Shown here: positions 38,379 to 49,184 of the stretch, piece after piece | Position numbering within the stretch: the stretch's first letter is position 1 | Layout: every line of letters starts with the position of its first letter | Assembly (NCBI GenBank): GCA_963801815.1 | Contig: CAWDGJ010000007.1 | Span: forward strand, 192,001 to 256,000 | Reading direction: 5' to 3' | Length of the DNA stretch: 64,000 bases | Source of the DNA: an uncultured Verrucomicrobiae bacterium | Lineage (GTDB): Bacteria; Verrucomicrobiota; Verrucomicrobiia; Chthoniobacterales; UBA10450 | The notes under the pieces: generated by a model | What the model was told of the DNA's origin: nothing | Database searches by the model: none | The model's input: only the letters and a program-made list of their open reading frames with translations | Translations under genes and position numbers: made by a program

Positions 38379-39134
38379 TCAGGCTGGCAACTTGGCCAGC
38401 ATTTCGTCGGGAATATCTAGATTTGAGTAGACGTTCTGCACGTCATCGTCGTCTTCGAGGGCGTCACACAAACGGAGCACCTGTCGGGCCACGTCCTCAT
38501 TGGCCACCGGGACGGTGCTGTCAGGGATGAAGGTAAACTTTTGCCCATCAGTCGTAACATTCGCTCTCTTGAGCGCGTCGGCTACAGCGTAGAGCCGATC
38601 GTGCGAAGTAGTTATAAGATACTGATCCTCCTCAGTTGTCAACTCTTCAGCGCCAGCCTCCAAAATGAGCTCGAGAAGCCGGTTTTCATCGATCGAACTG
38701 CACGGAACCATGATCTGCCCCTTCTTGTGAAACATGTATGAAACACTGCCAGCCGAACCAAGGTTGCCATTATTCTTGGTGAAAATACTGCGCACCTCGG
38801 CGGCAGTCCGGTTCTTATTATCAGTGGCCGCTTCCACAATAATGGCGACTCCCCCCGGACCGTACCCTTCGTAGATAATTTCTTCATAACTCGCAGCGTC
38901 GACGCCCTCGCCCGTGCCGCGCTTGATCGCACGCTCGATGTTGTCGTTCGGCATACTTTGGGCGCGAGCAGCCTGGATCGCACTTCGCAGGCGTGGGTTT
39001 CCATTCGGATCGCCCCCGCCGGTTTTCGCGGCGATGCTGATCTCTTTCGAGAGTTTGCTAAAGATTTGACCGCGTTTCGCGTCGATGGCGCCTTTGAAGC
39101 GTTTGACCTTTGACCACTTGCTATGTCCCGCCAT
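38379..39134 (-). CDS. yebC: YebC/PmpR family protein
   Basis: MAGHSKWSKVK, GGGDPNGNPRL, YEGYGPGG, TDNKNRT and DDDDVQNVYSN. Confidence 0.96.
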   Translation of the reverse strand: MAGHSKWSKVKRFKGAIDAKRGQIFSKLSKEISIAAKTGGGDPNGNPRLRSAIQAARAQSMPNDNIERAIKRGTGEGVDAASYEEIIYEGYGPGGVAIIVEAATDNKNRTAAEVRSIFTKNNGNLGSAGSVSYMFHKKGQIMVPCSSIDENRLLELILEAGAEELTTEEDQYLITTSHDRLYAVADALKRANVTTDGQKFTFIPDSTVPVANEDVARQVLRLCDALEDDDDVQNVYSNLDIPDEMLAKLPA

Positions 39135-39221
39135 ATCGGGTTTTCCAGAGTAAAAGTTGCCTACTGAGTAAGATTCCGAGAGCACGCCGCGAACGCGGAC
39201 GTGGAGAAATTACCAAGCGGT

Positions 39222-39249
39222 ATTGAAGCCACGCCGGGCGCTTTGTCAA
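39222..39249 (-). promoter_or_regulatory. possible sigma70 promoter upstream of yebC-rho
   Basis: TTGACA-16 bp-TTCAAT on the minus strand. Confidence 0.4.
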
Positions 39250-39254
39250 TCCAA

Positions 39255-41066
39255 CTAAGCGGCCCGATTAGCGGCCCGCTTGCGGGCAGTGGCGTCCAGA
39301 ATCTGCTTACGCAACCGCAGCGATTTCGGGGTCGCCTCGAGGTATTCGTCTACGTCGATATACTCCAAGGCGCGCTCCACGCTCATGCGCAATGCCGCTT
39401 CCAATTGAATGCCTTTGCCCTCGCCCTGGCTGCGCATGTTAGTGAGATGTTTGGCTTTACAGGGATTGACCGGCAAATCGTCCGGACGGGCGTTTTCCCC
39501 AACGATCATGCCTTCGTAAATGTTTTCCTGGGGGCCAACAAACAACCGGCCGCGCTCCTGAATGCTGTTAAGCGCGTAAGCCGTGCTGATGCCCGATTCC
39601 ATCGAAACGAGAACGCCGCGGCCGCGGTTCGCGATTTCGCCCTTGAATGGGGCATACTCCCGAAACAAATGGCTCATCAGACCCTCACCGCGGGTGAGAT
39701 TAATCAAGTCGGTCTCAAGGCCAATCAGTCCGCGCGTCGGAATGATTGCCTCAACCGAAACGCGCGCACCGTGATGATGAACCGCGACAACGTCGCCTTT
39801 GCGATTGGCCAGCGATTGCAAAATGTCGCCCAGCCCGTCCTTTGGTAGATCGACATAGAGATCTTCGATTGGCTCAAGCACATTGCCCAGATCGTCGCGG
39901 TGAAAAATGACTTCCGGCCGCGAAACCATCAGTTCGAAGTCCTCGCGCCGCATTTGCTCGATCAGAATGGCAATCTGCATTTCGCCGCGCGCGTGAATCT
40001 CAAAGGCGCCGGCAGTGTCGGTATCGTTCATCTGCAACGACACGTTTGTGCGCGTCTCGCGAACCAGCCGATCTTTGAGATGCCGCGCCGTGACAAACTT
40101 TCCTTCGCGACCGGCAAACGGTGAATCGTTTACCAAAATACGCATCCGAATGGTCGGCGGATCGATGTCGACGAACGCCAACGGTTTGCGTTCTTCCGAA
40201 TCGGTCAGCGTTTCACCGATCCGAATTTCCTCGAAACCGGTCAATCCAATAATGTCGCCGGCTGCCGCTTCCTTGATCTGAATTTGTTCGAGGCCGGAAT
40301 AGGTGAAGAGCGCGGTCACGGTGGCGCGTTCCGGCTGCCCATCACGATGCAAGCAAACGATGGAATCGCCGATGCTAACTTTCCCGCTCACGATTCTTCC
40401 CAACGCGATGCGTCCCAGGTAATCGCTGTAGTCGAGGTTCGAAACGAGCATCTGGAAAAAGGGGTCGTTCGAGATCTGCGGTGCCGGAACTGATTGGACA
40501 ATCGTTTCGAAAAGCGGCGTCATATCAGTGCTGTTTTCAGTCAGGTTCCGTTTTGCAAAACCTTCCTTGGCGCTCGCGTAAACAATTGGAAAGTCGAGCT
40601 GTTCGTTGGTGGCTTTCAGTTCGACGAAAAGATCGAAGACGAGATCGAGAACCTCATGCGGACGAGCGTGCTCGCGGTCGATCTTGTTGATGACCACGAT
40701 TGGCTTGAGATGATTTTCGAACGCTTTGCGCAAAACGAAACGGGTTTGCGCCTGCGGGCCGTCGTGCGCATCAACGACGAGCAAAACGCCGTCGACCATT
40801 TTCATGATCCGCTCAACTTCGCCGCCGAAATCGGCATGTCCCGGCGTGTCGACAATGTTGATGCGATACCCATTCCACTGAAATGCGGCATTCTTGGCGC
40901 GAATCGTAATCCCCTTTTCACGTTCAAGGTCCATAGAGTCCATCATCCGCTCTTCGACTTTTTGATTTGCGCGAAACGTTCCGGATTGACGCAACAGTTG
41001 ATCTACCAGGGTCGTCTTGCCGTGGTCGACGTGCGCAATGATGGCGATGTTACGGATCTTTTCCAT
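39255..41066 (-). CDS. typA: translational GTPase TypA/BipA
   Basis: [47 protein letters not shown] and KHLTNMRS. Confidence 0.98.
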   Translation of the reverse strand: MEKIRNIAIIAHVDHGKTTLVDQLLRQSGTFRANQKVEERMMDSMDLEREKGITIRAKNAAFQWNGYRINIVDTPGHADFGGEVERIMKMVDGVLLVVDAHDGPQAQTRFVLRKAFENHLKPIVVINKIDREHARPHEVLDLVFDLFVELKATNEQLDFPIVYASAKEGFAKRNLTENSTDMTPLFETIVQSVPAPQISNDPFFQMLVSNLDYSDYLGRIALGRIVSGKVSIGDSIVCLHRDGQPERATVTALFTYSGLEQIQIKEAAAGDIIGLTGFEEIRIGETLTDSEERKPLAFVDIDPPTIRMRILVNDSPFAGREGKFVTARHLKDRLVRETRTNVSLQMNDTDTAGAFEIHARGEMQIAILIEQMRREDFELMVSRPEVIFHRDDLGNVLEPIEDLYVDLPKDGLGDILQSLANRKGDVVAVHHHGARVSVEAIIPTRGLIGLETDLINLTRGEGLMSHLFREYAPFKGEIANRGRGVLVSMESGISTAYALNSIQERGRLFVGPQENIYEGMIVGENARPDDLPVNPCKAKHLTNMRSQGEGKGIQLEAALRMSVERALEYIDVDEYLEATPKSLRLRKQILDATARKRAANRAA

Positions 41067-41099
41067 GGGCCGGGCTCTCGGGGGCGTAGAGAAGCGCGC

Positions 41100-41127
41100 A
41101 ATATGCCGCCGCCCGGGGAAAAATCAA
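41100..41127 (-). promoter_or_regulatory. possible sigma70 promoter upstream of typA
   Basis: TTGATT-16 bp-CATATT on the minus strand. Confidence 0.35.
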
Positions 41128-41193
41128 CTTGATCTGGCTGCCGGTCCCCAGACGGGCTTTTTGGGGCTGCAGGCAGAACACGAGAGGGGCCCA

Positions 41194-41227
41194 AAACAAA
41201 CCGGGCCAGCATTTCTGCTGGCCCGGT
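41194..41227 (-). terminator. intrinsic terminator after the S8 protease gene
   Basis: 12 bp perfect stem ACCGGGCCAGCA/TGCTGGCCCGGT with a 4 nt loop, followed by TTGTTTT on the minus strand. Confidence 0.8.
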
Positions 41228-41252
41228 CGTTGAATACCGAATGTGAGCGCCG

Positions 41253-44200
41253 TTACGGCGTCACGGTGAACGACGTTGGGCTGGTGGAGGTGCCGGCGGC
41301 GTTCGAGACCGATATCGGTCCCGTAGTTGCACCCGCAGGCACGGTCGCGGTCAGTTTAGTCGAACTAATCACGTTGACCGAAGTCGAAGGCGTACCATTG
41401 AAGGCGACCGTGATGCCCGCGGCAAAGTTCACTCCCTGAACCGTGACCACAGAGCCAACCCGACCATGGTTCGGGCTGAAACCCTTGATGATGGGCGCCA
41501 AAAAGCCGATAACGTCGCTGCGCTTGGTGTCGCCATTATGCATGTGCAGCAGCCAAACACCGAGTGAGAAGTTGTTTTGGAAGTTTGTACCGTTGTAATT
41601 CACCGGGATCGAATTGGTCGTCAGATCCTGATACAGGAACGGCTCGAAGAAAGTGGCGGTCGACGGGATCTTGCTGACTCCAGCCGCACCACCGCTGTTA
41701 TCCACTTCCAGACCTGGATTAGCTAAGTCGTATAAGAAAACACCTTCCCCGTCCACTTGGTTGCCGTTCCGATCGAACGTAAAGACCGCATACATGAATT
41801 TGGTATTACCAGTTCCAGCCGCGCTAAGCAGGCCAATGTCGGTCGCCCGAATCGGGAAGATAACCCCGCTATTGTTATAGGCGTTGGTATCCGCAGTGGC
41901 CGCGGTGAGACCGTTGGTGAAGAAGCGCAATGCCCCGGTGAAGGAAGTCAGGTTGACAATCTCCGGGACGAAAACGTTCTCCAAGCCCGTTCCATCGCTT
42001 GTCAGGAAGACGGCGAAGTTCGGATTGAACGTTACGCCAAAGTCCGCCGGGTTCGTATCGAAATCGATTTCGGTATCGGAACTCGCGTAATCAGGTGTGG
42101 CTGCGTCGCCAAATTTCTCCACACCAAACATGATGTTGGTGCCGGCCGTTTGCGTCGACGTGCTAGCGCCAACGGCGCGGTTCTTATAATCGCTGGTGAC
42201 ACCGGCATACTTGATAATGTTGCGGTCGGTTGGCGGATGGGCCGTGCCCACAAACGAACTCTGGTATTGCAACTCAAACGCCTTCACCAAGCTCAGGATG
42301 TCGAAGCCGTTTCCGAGGCTGGCGCCGGTATTCACCGGGCTGCCGGAGAGGGCGATTGAGAATGATCCTGTGTTAGCACTACCAGGAATAAAACCAGTGC
42401 TGGTCGCGTGCATGCTCGATGCCGGCTTAACCGCGGCGTAGAGCGGAACACGGATTGGCTGCTCAGGTCCGGACGTCGGCGTGAACACAGCATAACCGCC
42501 TTTCTCGGTCATCCATTGCCGCGGGAGACCGCCCTGAGTCGAAGCGACGCTGGCGTCGCGAACGTGTTTCAGTGCGCTTCCCGTAGCCGTGAAGTGGACC
42601 GGAATCGATATTTGCTGGCCCTTACCCAGGGTGAACGAACTCGTCGGGAACGAGAAGGTCGCATCGTTGACCGGAGTGACGTCTTGATAAGTCACGTTGT
42701 AGCTGACTGGATTTTTGCCCTTGTTTCTGACGATGATGTTTTGGGTCAGACTGGTCGAACCCGAGACCGGCGTTTCAACGACGCCGAACGAGACGCCGAC
42801 CAAACCGGGCTGCGAGGCGGGATGGCCCCCGAACGCAATCACGTTGGCCGCCGCCGCTTTGCCGACGTCAATACGGCCCGCACCGACTCGACCAATTCCG
42901 AACTGAGTCGTGTGACTATTGTCAGTGAAGAGGTCATGCGTGGCGGTGTCCATCGCCAAGGCCCGCAACTCTTCCTGGGTCCAGCTGGGATGCAGCTGTT
43001 TGAGTAAGGCCATCATTCCCGCGACGTGCGGTGTGGCCGATGAAGTCCCGTTGAAGTTCTCCACGCCGTTACCGCTGAACGGTCCAGGGGGTTGTTCAGC
43101 GGCGCTCTGCGCTACCGCCGTCACTTCCGCTGGAGCCGAAATATCAGGCTTGATTGTGCTGTCGCCCAGCCGTGGTCCGCGTGAACTGTAGGTCGGCATC
43201 GTGTCAGGAGCCGCGCCACCGTGAGTAACAGCGCCGCTATCGTTATTGATAGTGACATTGACCGGGTTTGTCGGCACACCTGTAGTGGATCAAAGCCTCC
43301 GGCGGCCGTGTTGATGGTGTCGCGATCGGTCCGTGAAATCATCACATCGGCACCGGCAGGCTGGCCCGCCGTACTCATGACGATCGGATCAGCGCCGGGA
43401 TTGTTAAAGTTGTCGACGATAACCGCAGTCGCGCCAGCATTGAGAGCGTCTTGGACTTTGCTCGTAAACGAGAATGTTCCGCGATCAATCAAGCAAATGT
43501 TGCCGCTAACTTGAGCGGCATTGCTCAACCCGGCACCATTATTCCCAATGTTTGGCACCGCATAAACGACGTTGCCCGTGATGCCACCTCCGGGAATGGG
43601 AGAACTGGCACTACCCTTGATCGAGAAAAACTTTGACGCCGGCGATGGCAGCAGGCGCGTTGCCCGTCACGTTCGAGTCGAAAATGAAGCCGGCTTGGTC
43701 GTTGAAAGTTGCGGCAATGCCGAACGTTCCACCGCCTGCTGCAGGGCTGCTGTGAATGTAATATGAATCCCCGGCATTTCCGGCAGCAGAACAAACGATG
43801 ATACCAGCCGCAGCAGCGTTTGAGGCGGCAACGGAATCCGGATCATCTGCGAAACCTTCGTTTGCGCCGAGCGACATATTGATCACGTCCATACCATTTG
43901 ACATCGCCCATTCGATGGCTTGGGTCACGAGGTTCGTCGAGCCGGCGCAGCCGAACACGCGAACGGGATAAATTTGCGCTGCCGGAGCAAAACCTGGCGG
44001 AATTTTCAACGTGCTCATGTCGGGGTTGGCCGCGTCATAGGTGCCGGCATAAGTGAAACCGGCATTGGTAACGCCCAAGCCGCCGATCAAGCTGGCCGTG
44101 CCCGTTCCGTGACCACCGCAATCAAGGGGATTGTTGTCCGGCGCAGGAAAGGGGTTTGTGTCGGCATTGTAGGCATCACCCGCCAGATCGGTGCCGCCCG

Positions 44201-44936
44201 GAATCTTCGACAGTGGGGAAGTCCGCATTCGGCACTGCACTCGTGTCGCTTATGCTTCGCATAATCGGCGGCAGAACCTGATCCACCAAAATTTGTATGG
44301 ATATAATCGAGGCCGGTGTCGATGTCTGCGACCTTGATGCCTTCACCATGAGTTCCAGTGACCCCGGTCGTCCAGGCCGGACGCGTGTTTAAGAAATCAA
44401 TGTCCGAGAAAGTCGAAACCAGATACTTCGGATTCATCGGGTGGACCGCCTTAACACCAGGCAATCGCAGCGATGGCCGCGATTTTGTCTGGGCTAACTA
44501 CCATGGCAATGCCGTTGTATGCGCGTTGCGCACGGAAAATAACCTTGCCGCCGATACTCCCAGCTAACGTTGGGAGCATTGCCCGTTGTTTTTGGTCCAA
44601 CTGTTGCACTGCGCTCTTGATCTGAGCCGCGGCCGTTGAGTCGATTTGAACCCGCTGAGGATTATTGAGTAACGCGATGGAACTTGCCAAGGTCGGATGG
44701 GCAAGGGCGTAATCTCGAGCTGCATCGGCCTTTGCCTGCGCCGCCGCTAAAGCTGCGGCTTGAATACTGGCGGCAGGCGCGTCGGTCATTTCGACCATGA
44801 CCTGAACCGTCTTTTGCATGCTTGGTGGCCTAGCACCGGTTGCAGCGTTCGACACTTCGTCCTGCGCGCCCACTGGCGATGCCAGCGCGAGTGCGAGGAG
44901 AACCGGACTAAATCGGAGACTGAGTTTGTTAAACAT
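41253..44936 (-). CDS. large secreted S8 subtilase (prodomain, catalytic, PA, Fn3-like, C-terminal IPT/TIG), split by at least four indels
   Basis: Signal peptide, VADIDTG (Asp), HGTGTA (His), AAGNAG, PA domain LIDRGTFSFTSKV, SSRGP..KPDISAP, NGTSSATPHVAG (Ser), and FSP..G.VG..V.V.G.NF...VPAGATTGPI (IPT). Confidence 0.9.
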
Positions 44937-45221
44937 AATTAAGTGGGTTGAGAGTGAGGCACGAGACTGCAGGACTTGGCTGCCAGAGGTCAAGAATATT
45001 TTTAACTTTTTTCGCAAAAATGTCAGAAGTTATTCACAATTTTGCAATAGCTCGAAGGACGCACTTTTGGACTCAATCCAAAGGGTCAGGGCAGGCGGAT
45101 GTCGATCCTACAGCGCCGATTCTCATCGGCGCGGCCGGACCCACTTCCAAGGTCTCAGACTAAAAAACGCCGCGGGCGTGAAAACACGCTCAGGAGCGCT
45201 GACAAGCTACCAATCTCTCTG

Positions 45222-45425
45222 TTAACAGGGCCGGTAATGGCCGTGGATCCAATGATGATAGCGGTTCCAATGGCCCGGAACCCAGCACCAGTAAGCTCCA
45301 TTGTTCCACCAGCGCGCGCCATGGACGTAGTATGGCCGATCCCCGACTTCGATATTGAGCGAAAGTGCATTCGCGACTCCGCTCAGACCGACTATTGCTG
45401 CGAAAACCAACGCAAGTTTCTTCAT
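45222..45425 (-). CDS. small secreted aromatic-rich protein (YXWGXW-repeat-like)
   Basis: Signal peptide MKKLALVFAAIVGLSGVANA, followed by YWCWVPGHW...WIHGHY. Confidence 0.75.
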   Translation of the reverse strand: MKKLALVFAAIVGLSGVANALSLNIEVGDRPYYVHGARWWNNGAYWCWVPGHWNRYHHWIHGHYRPC

Positions 45426-45497
45426 AGTTATTTTCTTCCTGCCAGTTTGGACGAATCCGAGCCTGCTCTATTTAATGTTTATTTCGCAAGCGAAATT

Positions 45498-47288
45498 TCA
45501 GGCCAAGACCGGTTCAGTCTTCACCGGTTCCACCCATTTTCCATGCTCGCGAATCAGGTCCTTCAGACGATCGACCGCTTCAGCTTCAGGAATGTTGAAT
45601 TTCACGGCGGTTTTGCCCACGTAGAGATTCACTTTGCCGGGCGCGCCGCCGACGTAGCCAAAATCGGCGTCCGCCATTTCTCCGGGGCCATTCACGATGC
45701 AACCCATGATCGCAATTTTGACCCCCTTCAGATGCGACGTTGCCACTTTGATTTTCGCCGTCGTGGTTTGCAGGTTAAACAACGTCCGGCCGCAAGAGGG
45801 GCAGGCGACGTAATCTGTCTTGAAAATCCGCGAGCCTGCCGCTTGCAGGATATTGTAGCTCAAACGCAATGCCTGTCCTGGCGCCTCTTCGCCTTGCACG
45901 AGAATCGCATCACCGATCCCATCACAAAGCAACGATCCGATGTTGGTCGCGGCAGTTAAAAGTGTTTCGAGGAAATTCTTTTCGCAATCCGCATTCCGCA
46001 TTCCCCAATTCAAAGCATCCTTGAGCAGAATCGGGTGGCGATTCTGCAGTCTTGCGGCCAGCACACGAAACGCCGCAATCACCGGAAGATCGACATCGTC
46101 CCTTACCGTGACCAACTGCGGCGCGCTCTCGGAATTGATTTTCGCAATCGCCGCATCATCGAGTGGATCGACTTCCTTTATCTGCGCATTCTCATAAACG
46201 ATTTCCGGTTTGTAATCACCCATCTTGTCGATCTTGTGCGCGATCTTTTCGAAATTCGCTTGTCGCACCACCACGCGGATAAGCTCTTCGCCGCCAAGCT
46301 TCACTCTGTCCCGCTCGACTCTTTCAGTTGAACGCCGCTGGTACGAAAACGGATCAAAGGACATTTCGAATTTCGAATTTCGAATTTCGGATTTCGGAGC
46401 GTCGCCATTTGCGAATAAACGCACCAGTTCCTTAGCGACGGGTATTTCGTGCGGACTGTCCTCGGTCAATGAAACCCGGATCGTGTCCCCGATTCCATCG
46501 GACAGGAGAGATCCTATTCCAATGGCGCTCTTGATTCTAGCGTCTTCGCCTTCACCGGCTTCGGTAACGCCGAGGTGGACGGGATAATTCCAGTCCGGCC
46601 CGAGCTCATTCAATCGGGCAACGAGCAGGCGATACGCGGCGATCATGATCTTGGGATTGCTTGCCTTCATCGAGAAAACGAACCCGTGGTAGTCGAGATC
46701 TCGCGCGATCCGGGCGAACTCGAGCGCGCTTTCCACCATTCCGAGCGGCGTATCGCCGTACCGGTTTAGAATGCGGTCGCTCAGCGAGCCGTGGTTGGTC
46801 CCGATTCGCATTGCAATGCCCCGCTGCTGACAAAGCTCGACCAACGGCGTGAACCGCTCGCGAATCCGACTCAATTCCGCGGCGTACTGTTCGTCGGTGT
46901 ATTCACGGATCACGAATTTCTTTGAATCAGCGTAATTGCCGGGATTGATTCGCACCTTGTCGACCCATCTGGCCGCTTCCATTGCGGCTTCCGGCTTGAA
47001 ATGGATGTCCGCGACGATGGGCACATCGCAACCTCGCGAGCGCAAGCCCTTCGCGATATTCTCCAAATTGCGCGAGTCTTTCACCGTCGGCGCGGTAATC
47101 CGCACAATCTCGCAACCGACGTTCGCGAGCTCGATCGTCTGCAGGATCGAAGCGTCGGTGTCCATCGTATCGCACGTGATCATCGATTGGACGCGGATCG
47201 GATTGTTTCCACCGATGCCGACGTTGCCCACCCGCACCTCACGAGTCGGACGCCTACGATACCGCAATGGGTTCTCGCAATACTTCAT
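45498..47288 (-). CDS. ispG: HMBPP synthase (long, three-domain type)
   Basis: PIRVQSM, VADIHF, RINPGN, RIGTNHGSL, HLGVTEAG, GIGDTIRVSL, CPSCGR and MGCIVNGPGE. Confidence 0.97.
   Translation of the reverse strand: MKYCENPLRYRRRPTREVRVGNVGIGGNNPIRVQSMITCDTMDTDASILQTIELANVGCEIVRITAPTVKDSRNLENIAKGLRSRGCDVPIVADIHFKPEAAMEAARWVDKVRINPGNYADSKKFVIREYTDEQYAAELSRIRERFTPLVELCQQRGIAMRIGTNHGSLSDRILNRYGDTPLGMVESALEFARIARDLDYHGFVFSMKASNPKIMIAAYRLLVARLNELGPDWNYPVHLGVTEAGEGEDARIKSAIGIGSLLSDGIGDTIRVSLTEDSPHEIPVAKELVRLFANGDAPKSEIRNSKFEMSFDPFSYQRRSTERVERDRVKLGGEELIRVVVRQANFEKIAHKIDKMGDYKPEIVYENAQIKEVDPLDDAAIAKINSESAPQLVTVRDDVDLPVIAAFRVLAARLQNRHPILLKDALNWGMRNADCEKNFLETLLTAATNIGSLLCDGIGDAILVQGEEAPGQALRLSYNILQAAGSRIFKTDYVACPSCGRTLFNLQTTTAKIKVATSHLKGVKIAIMGCIVNGPGEMADADFGYVGGAPGKVNLYVGKTAVKFNIPEAEAVDRLKDLIREHGKWVEPVKTEPVLA
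45981..46011. repeat. degenerate 7-mer tandem repeat inside ispG
   Basis: ttcgcaa tccgcat tccgcat tccccaa, encoding WGMRNADCE. Confidence 0.7.
46363..46397. repeat. 5 x 7-mer tandem repeat (ATTTCGR) inside ispG
   Basis: atttcga x3 plus atttcgg x2, encoding PKSEIRNSKFEM. Confidence 0.9.
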
Positions 47289-47291
47289 TTC

Positions 47292-47627
47292 TCAGGCTGG
47301 ATTTGGTTCCACCAATACGGCCGTGCCATAACATAAGACCTCGGTGACACCCTGCATGATCTCTGTCGCGTCGTAACGCAGCCCGATAATCGCATTCGCC
47401 CCGAGATCCCGCGCGTGTTGCAGGCAAAGTTCAAGCGCATGTTCACGTGTTTTCTCGCAAAGGTCGGTCAGGATGGTGATGTTGCCGCCGACGAGCGTCT
47501 GCAACCCGGCGCCGATCGTTCCGAAGATCGAGCGTGATCGCACAATGATGCCGCGCACGACGCCGAATGTCTTCACAACTCGATAGCCCGGCAGCTCAAA
47601 CGTAGTCGTTGTCATGGACGGATTCAT
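47292..47627 (-). CDS. YbjQ/UPF0145 family protein
   Basis: TTT..LPGY.V...GVVRG, LVGG and [11 protein letters not shown]...EVLCYGTAV. Confidence 0.92.
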   Translation of the reverse strand: MNPSMTTTTFELPGYRVVKTFGVVRGIIVRSRSIFGTIGAGLQTLVGGNITILTDLCEKTREHALELCLQHARDLGANAIIGLRYDATEIMQGVTEVLCYGTAVLVEPNPA

Positions 47628-47667
47628 GAATCCAAATCTAAAGCTGCGCTCCAGCGGCGCAATCGAG

Positions 47668-49107
47668 TTACGGCAGATCCCGATCTTTGGTCTGCGACGA
47701 TGGGGGCATGTATTTATCGAGCGCGTGCTTCACGAACGGGATGTCCTGAATATCGAAAAACGTGATGTAAATAATCAGCCCTACGATCAGGATCGTGCAT
47801 GTACCCTGGACGACTTCGAGCACTCGTATATTAAGAGGCCGCCGCCGGATCGACTCGATCAGGCCGAACAAAATGTGCCCTCCATCGAGCACCGGGATCG
47901 GCAGCATGTTTAGAATCGCCAGGTTCACATTGAGTACCACACTGAGCCAGAGGACCAGTTTCCAGCCGTGTTCGCTTTGAAAGAACAGAAAGTAAATTCG
48001 CCCGATGCCGACCGGGCCGCTCAAGTGCTGCAATTTTACGTCCGATTTGGGCGAAGCGACCGCGCCGAGCGTGTTCAACGTGCTGGTCACGCTGTTGCGA
48101 ACCAGCTCCATCGGATTCGGGTGGGCAATAGACATGATCCCGCTGGTGTCCCATTGAATTCCGATCCTCGGCAGCATCTTTTTCGTCCCGTCAGCCTCTT
48201 CCGTCAGAAGCGGCTCGGGTTTGACGGAAACTTCAAGCCTTGATCCGGCTCGCTCAACGTCGAGCATCAACGTTTCGTCGGGATGCTTCTTGATGTATTC
48301 GAGCATCGCGACCGGATTGTAGATCGGTTGATGATTGAAACCGCGAATGATGTCTCCTTTGCGCAATCCCGCCCGCCCCGCCGGCGAATCCGGTTCGACT
48401 TTCTCGATGATCGCCGTTTCCGCAGGAAGTATCAGTAACTGGCGGACACTCTTTCTGCGCCAGCCGCGCGTCTCGGCTTTGTAAGGCTCCACTTCTACGG
48501 TTTGCACCTGGCCGTTGCGCTCGAACTTCACGGGAATCGTTTCGCCTTCACTGCGAACAACCGCCCAGCTCACGCTGGCGTTCATCCCGAGAAATCGCGT
48601 CACCTGTTTTCCATCCACTTCCAGAATTTTGTCCCCCGGTTCCATGCCCGCCTTCGCCGCCGGTGAATCCGGCATCACGTAACCGACGATCGTTGTCATG
48701 TCCGATTCGCTCACTGGATAACCAACGACCCAGACGATCACGGCAAACGCGATGGCCAGAAGGAAACTAAAAAACGGACCCGCCACAGCTACGATGATCT
48801 TGTCGAGCGCGGACACGGACGGAAGCTGGCTGCGATCGATGTCAGCTTTCCCTTCGATAATGTCCATCGGAGCCAATTGCGGTAAGGCCACAAATCCACC
48901 GAAGGGCAAAGAGCCTAACGAATACTGGACGCCGCTGATTTTCTTCTTCCAAAGCGGCTTACCGAACCAGATGCCAAACTTTTCGATATAAAGGCCACGC
49001 CAACGCGCGGCCAGAAAGTGACCGACCTCGTGGACAACAATTAACAAATTGAAAATGACCAGGACCTCGAAGAGAACGAGGATGATGCGACCGATGTGAA
49101 GCAACAT
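47668..49107 (-). CDS. rseP: RIP metalloprotease RseP (M50, two PDZ domains)
   Basis: [15 protein letters not shown], two PDZ repeats (SPA..AG...GD.I) and [11 protein letters not shown]. Confidence 0.95.
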   Translation of the reverse strand: MLLHIGRIILVLFEVLVIFNLLIVVHEVGHFLAARWRGLYIEKFGIWFGKPLWKKKISGVQYSLGSLPFGGFVALPQLAPMDIIEGKADIDRSQLPSVSALDKIIVAVAGPFFSFLLAIAFAVIVWVVGYPVSESDMTTIVGYVMPDSPAAKAGMEPGDKILEVDGKQVTRFLGMNASVSWAVVRSEGETIPVKFERNGQVQTVEVEPYKAETRGWRRKSVRQLLILPAETAIIEKVEPDSPAGRAGLRKGDIIRGFNHQPIYNPVAMLEYIKKHPDETLMLDVERAGSRLEVSVKPEPLLTEEADGTKKMLPRIGIQWDTSGIMSIAHPNPMELVRNSVTSTLNTLGAVASPKSDVKLQHLSGPVGIGRIYFLFFQSEHGWKLVLWLSVVLNVNLAILNMLPIPVLDGGHILFGLIESIRRRPLNIRVLEVVQGTCTILIVGLIIYITFFDIQDIPFVKHALDKYMPPSSQTKDRDLP

Positions 49108-49115
49108 TGTTAAAG

Positions 49116-49184
49116 CGTGAACCGTGAATCGTAATTCGTGACCCGAAATTCGCGTGGCCGATTTAACGATTCTACGATTTAACG
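49116..49184. repeat. 7-mer and 8-mer degenerate tandem repeats between dxr and rseP
   Basis: cgtgaac cgtgaat cgtaatt cgtgacc cgaaatt, then atttaacg attctacg atttaacg. Confidence 0.7.

Noticed and set aside
45099..45959. 286 aa plus-strand ORF and other long antisense ORFs (e.g. 39201-39848, 49589-50302, 5271-5852)
   Set aside because: These are shadows of well-supported genes on the opposite strand in GC-rich DNA, with no recognisable motifs.
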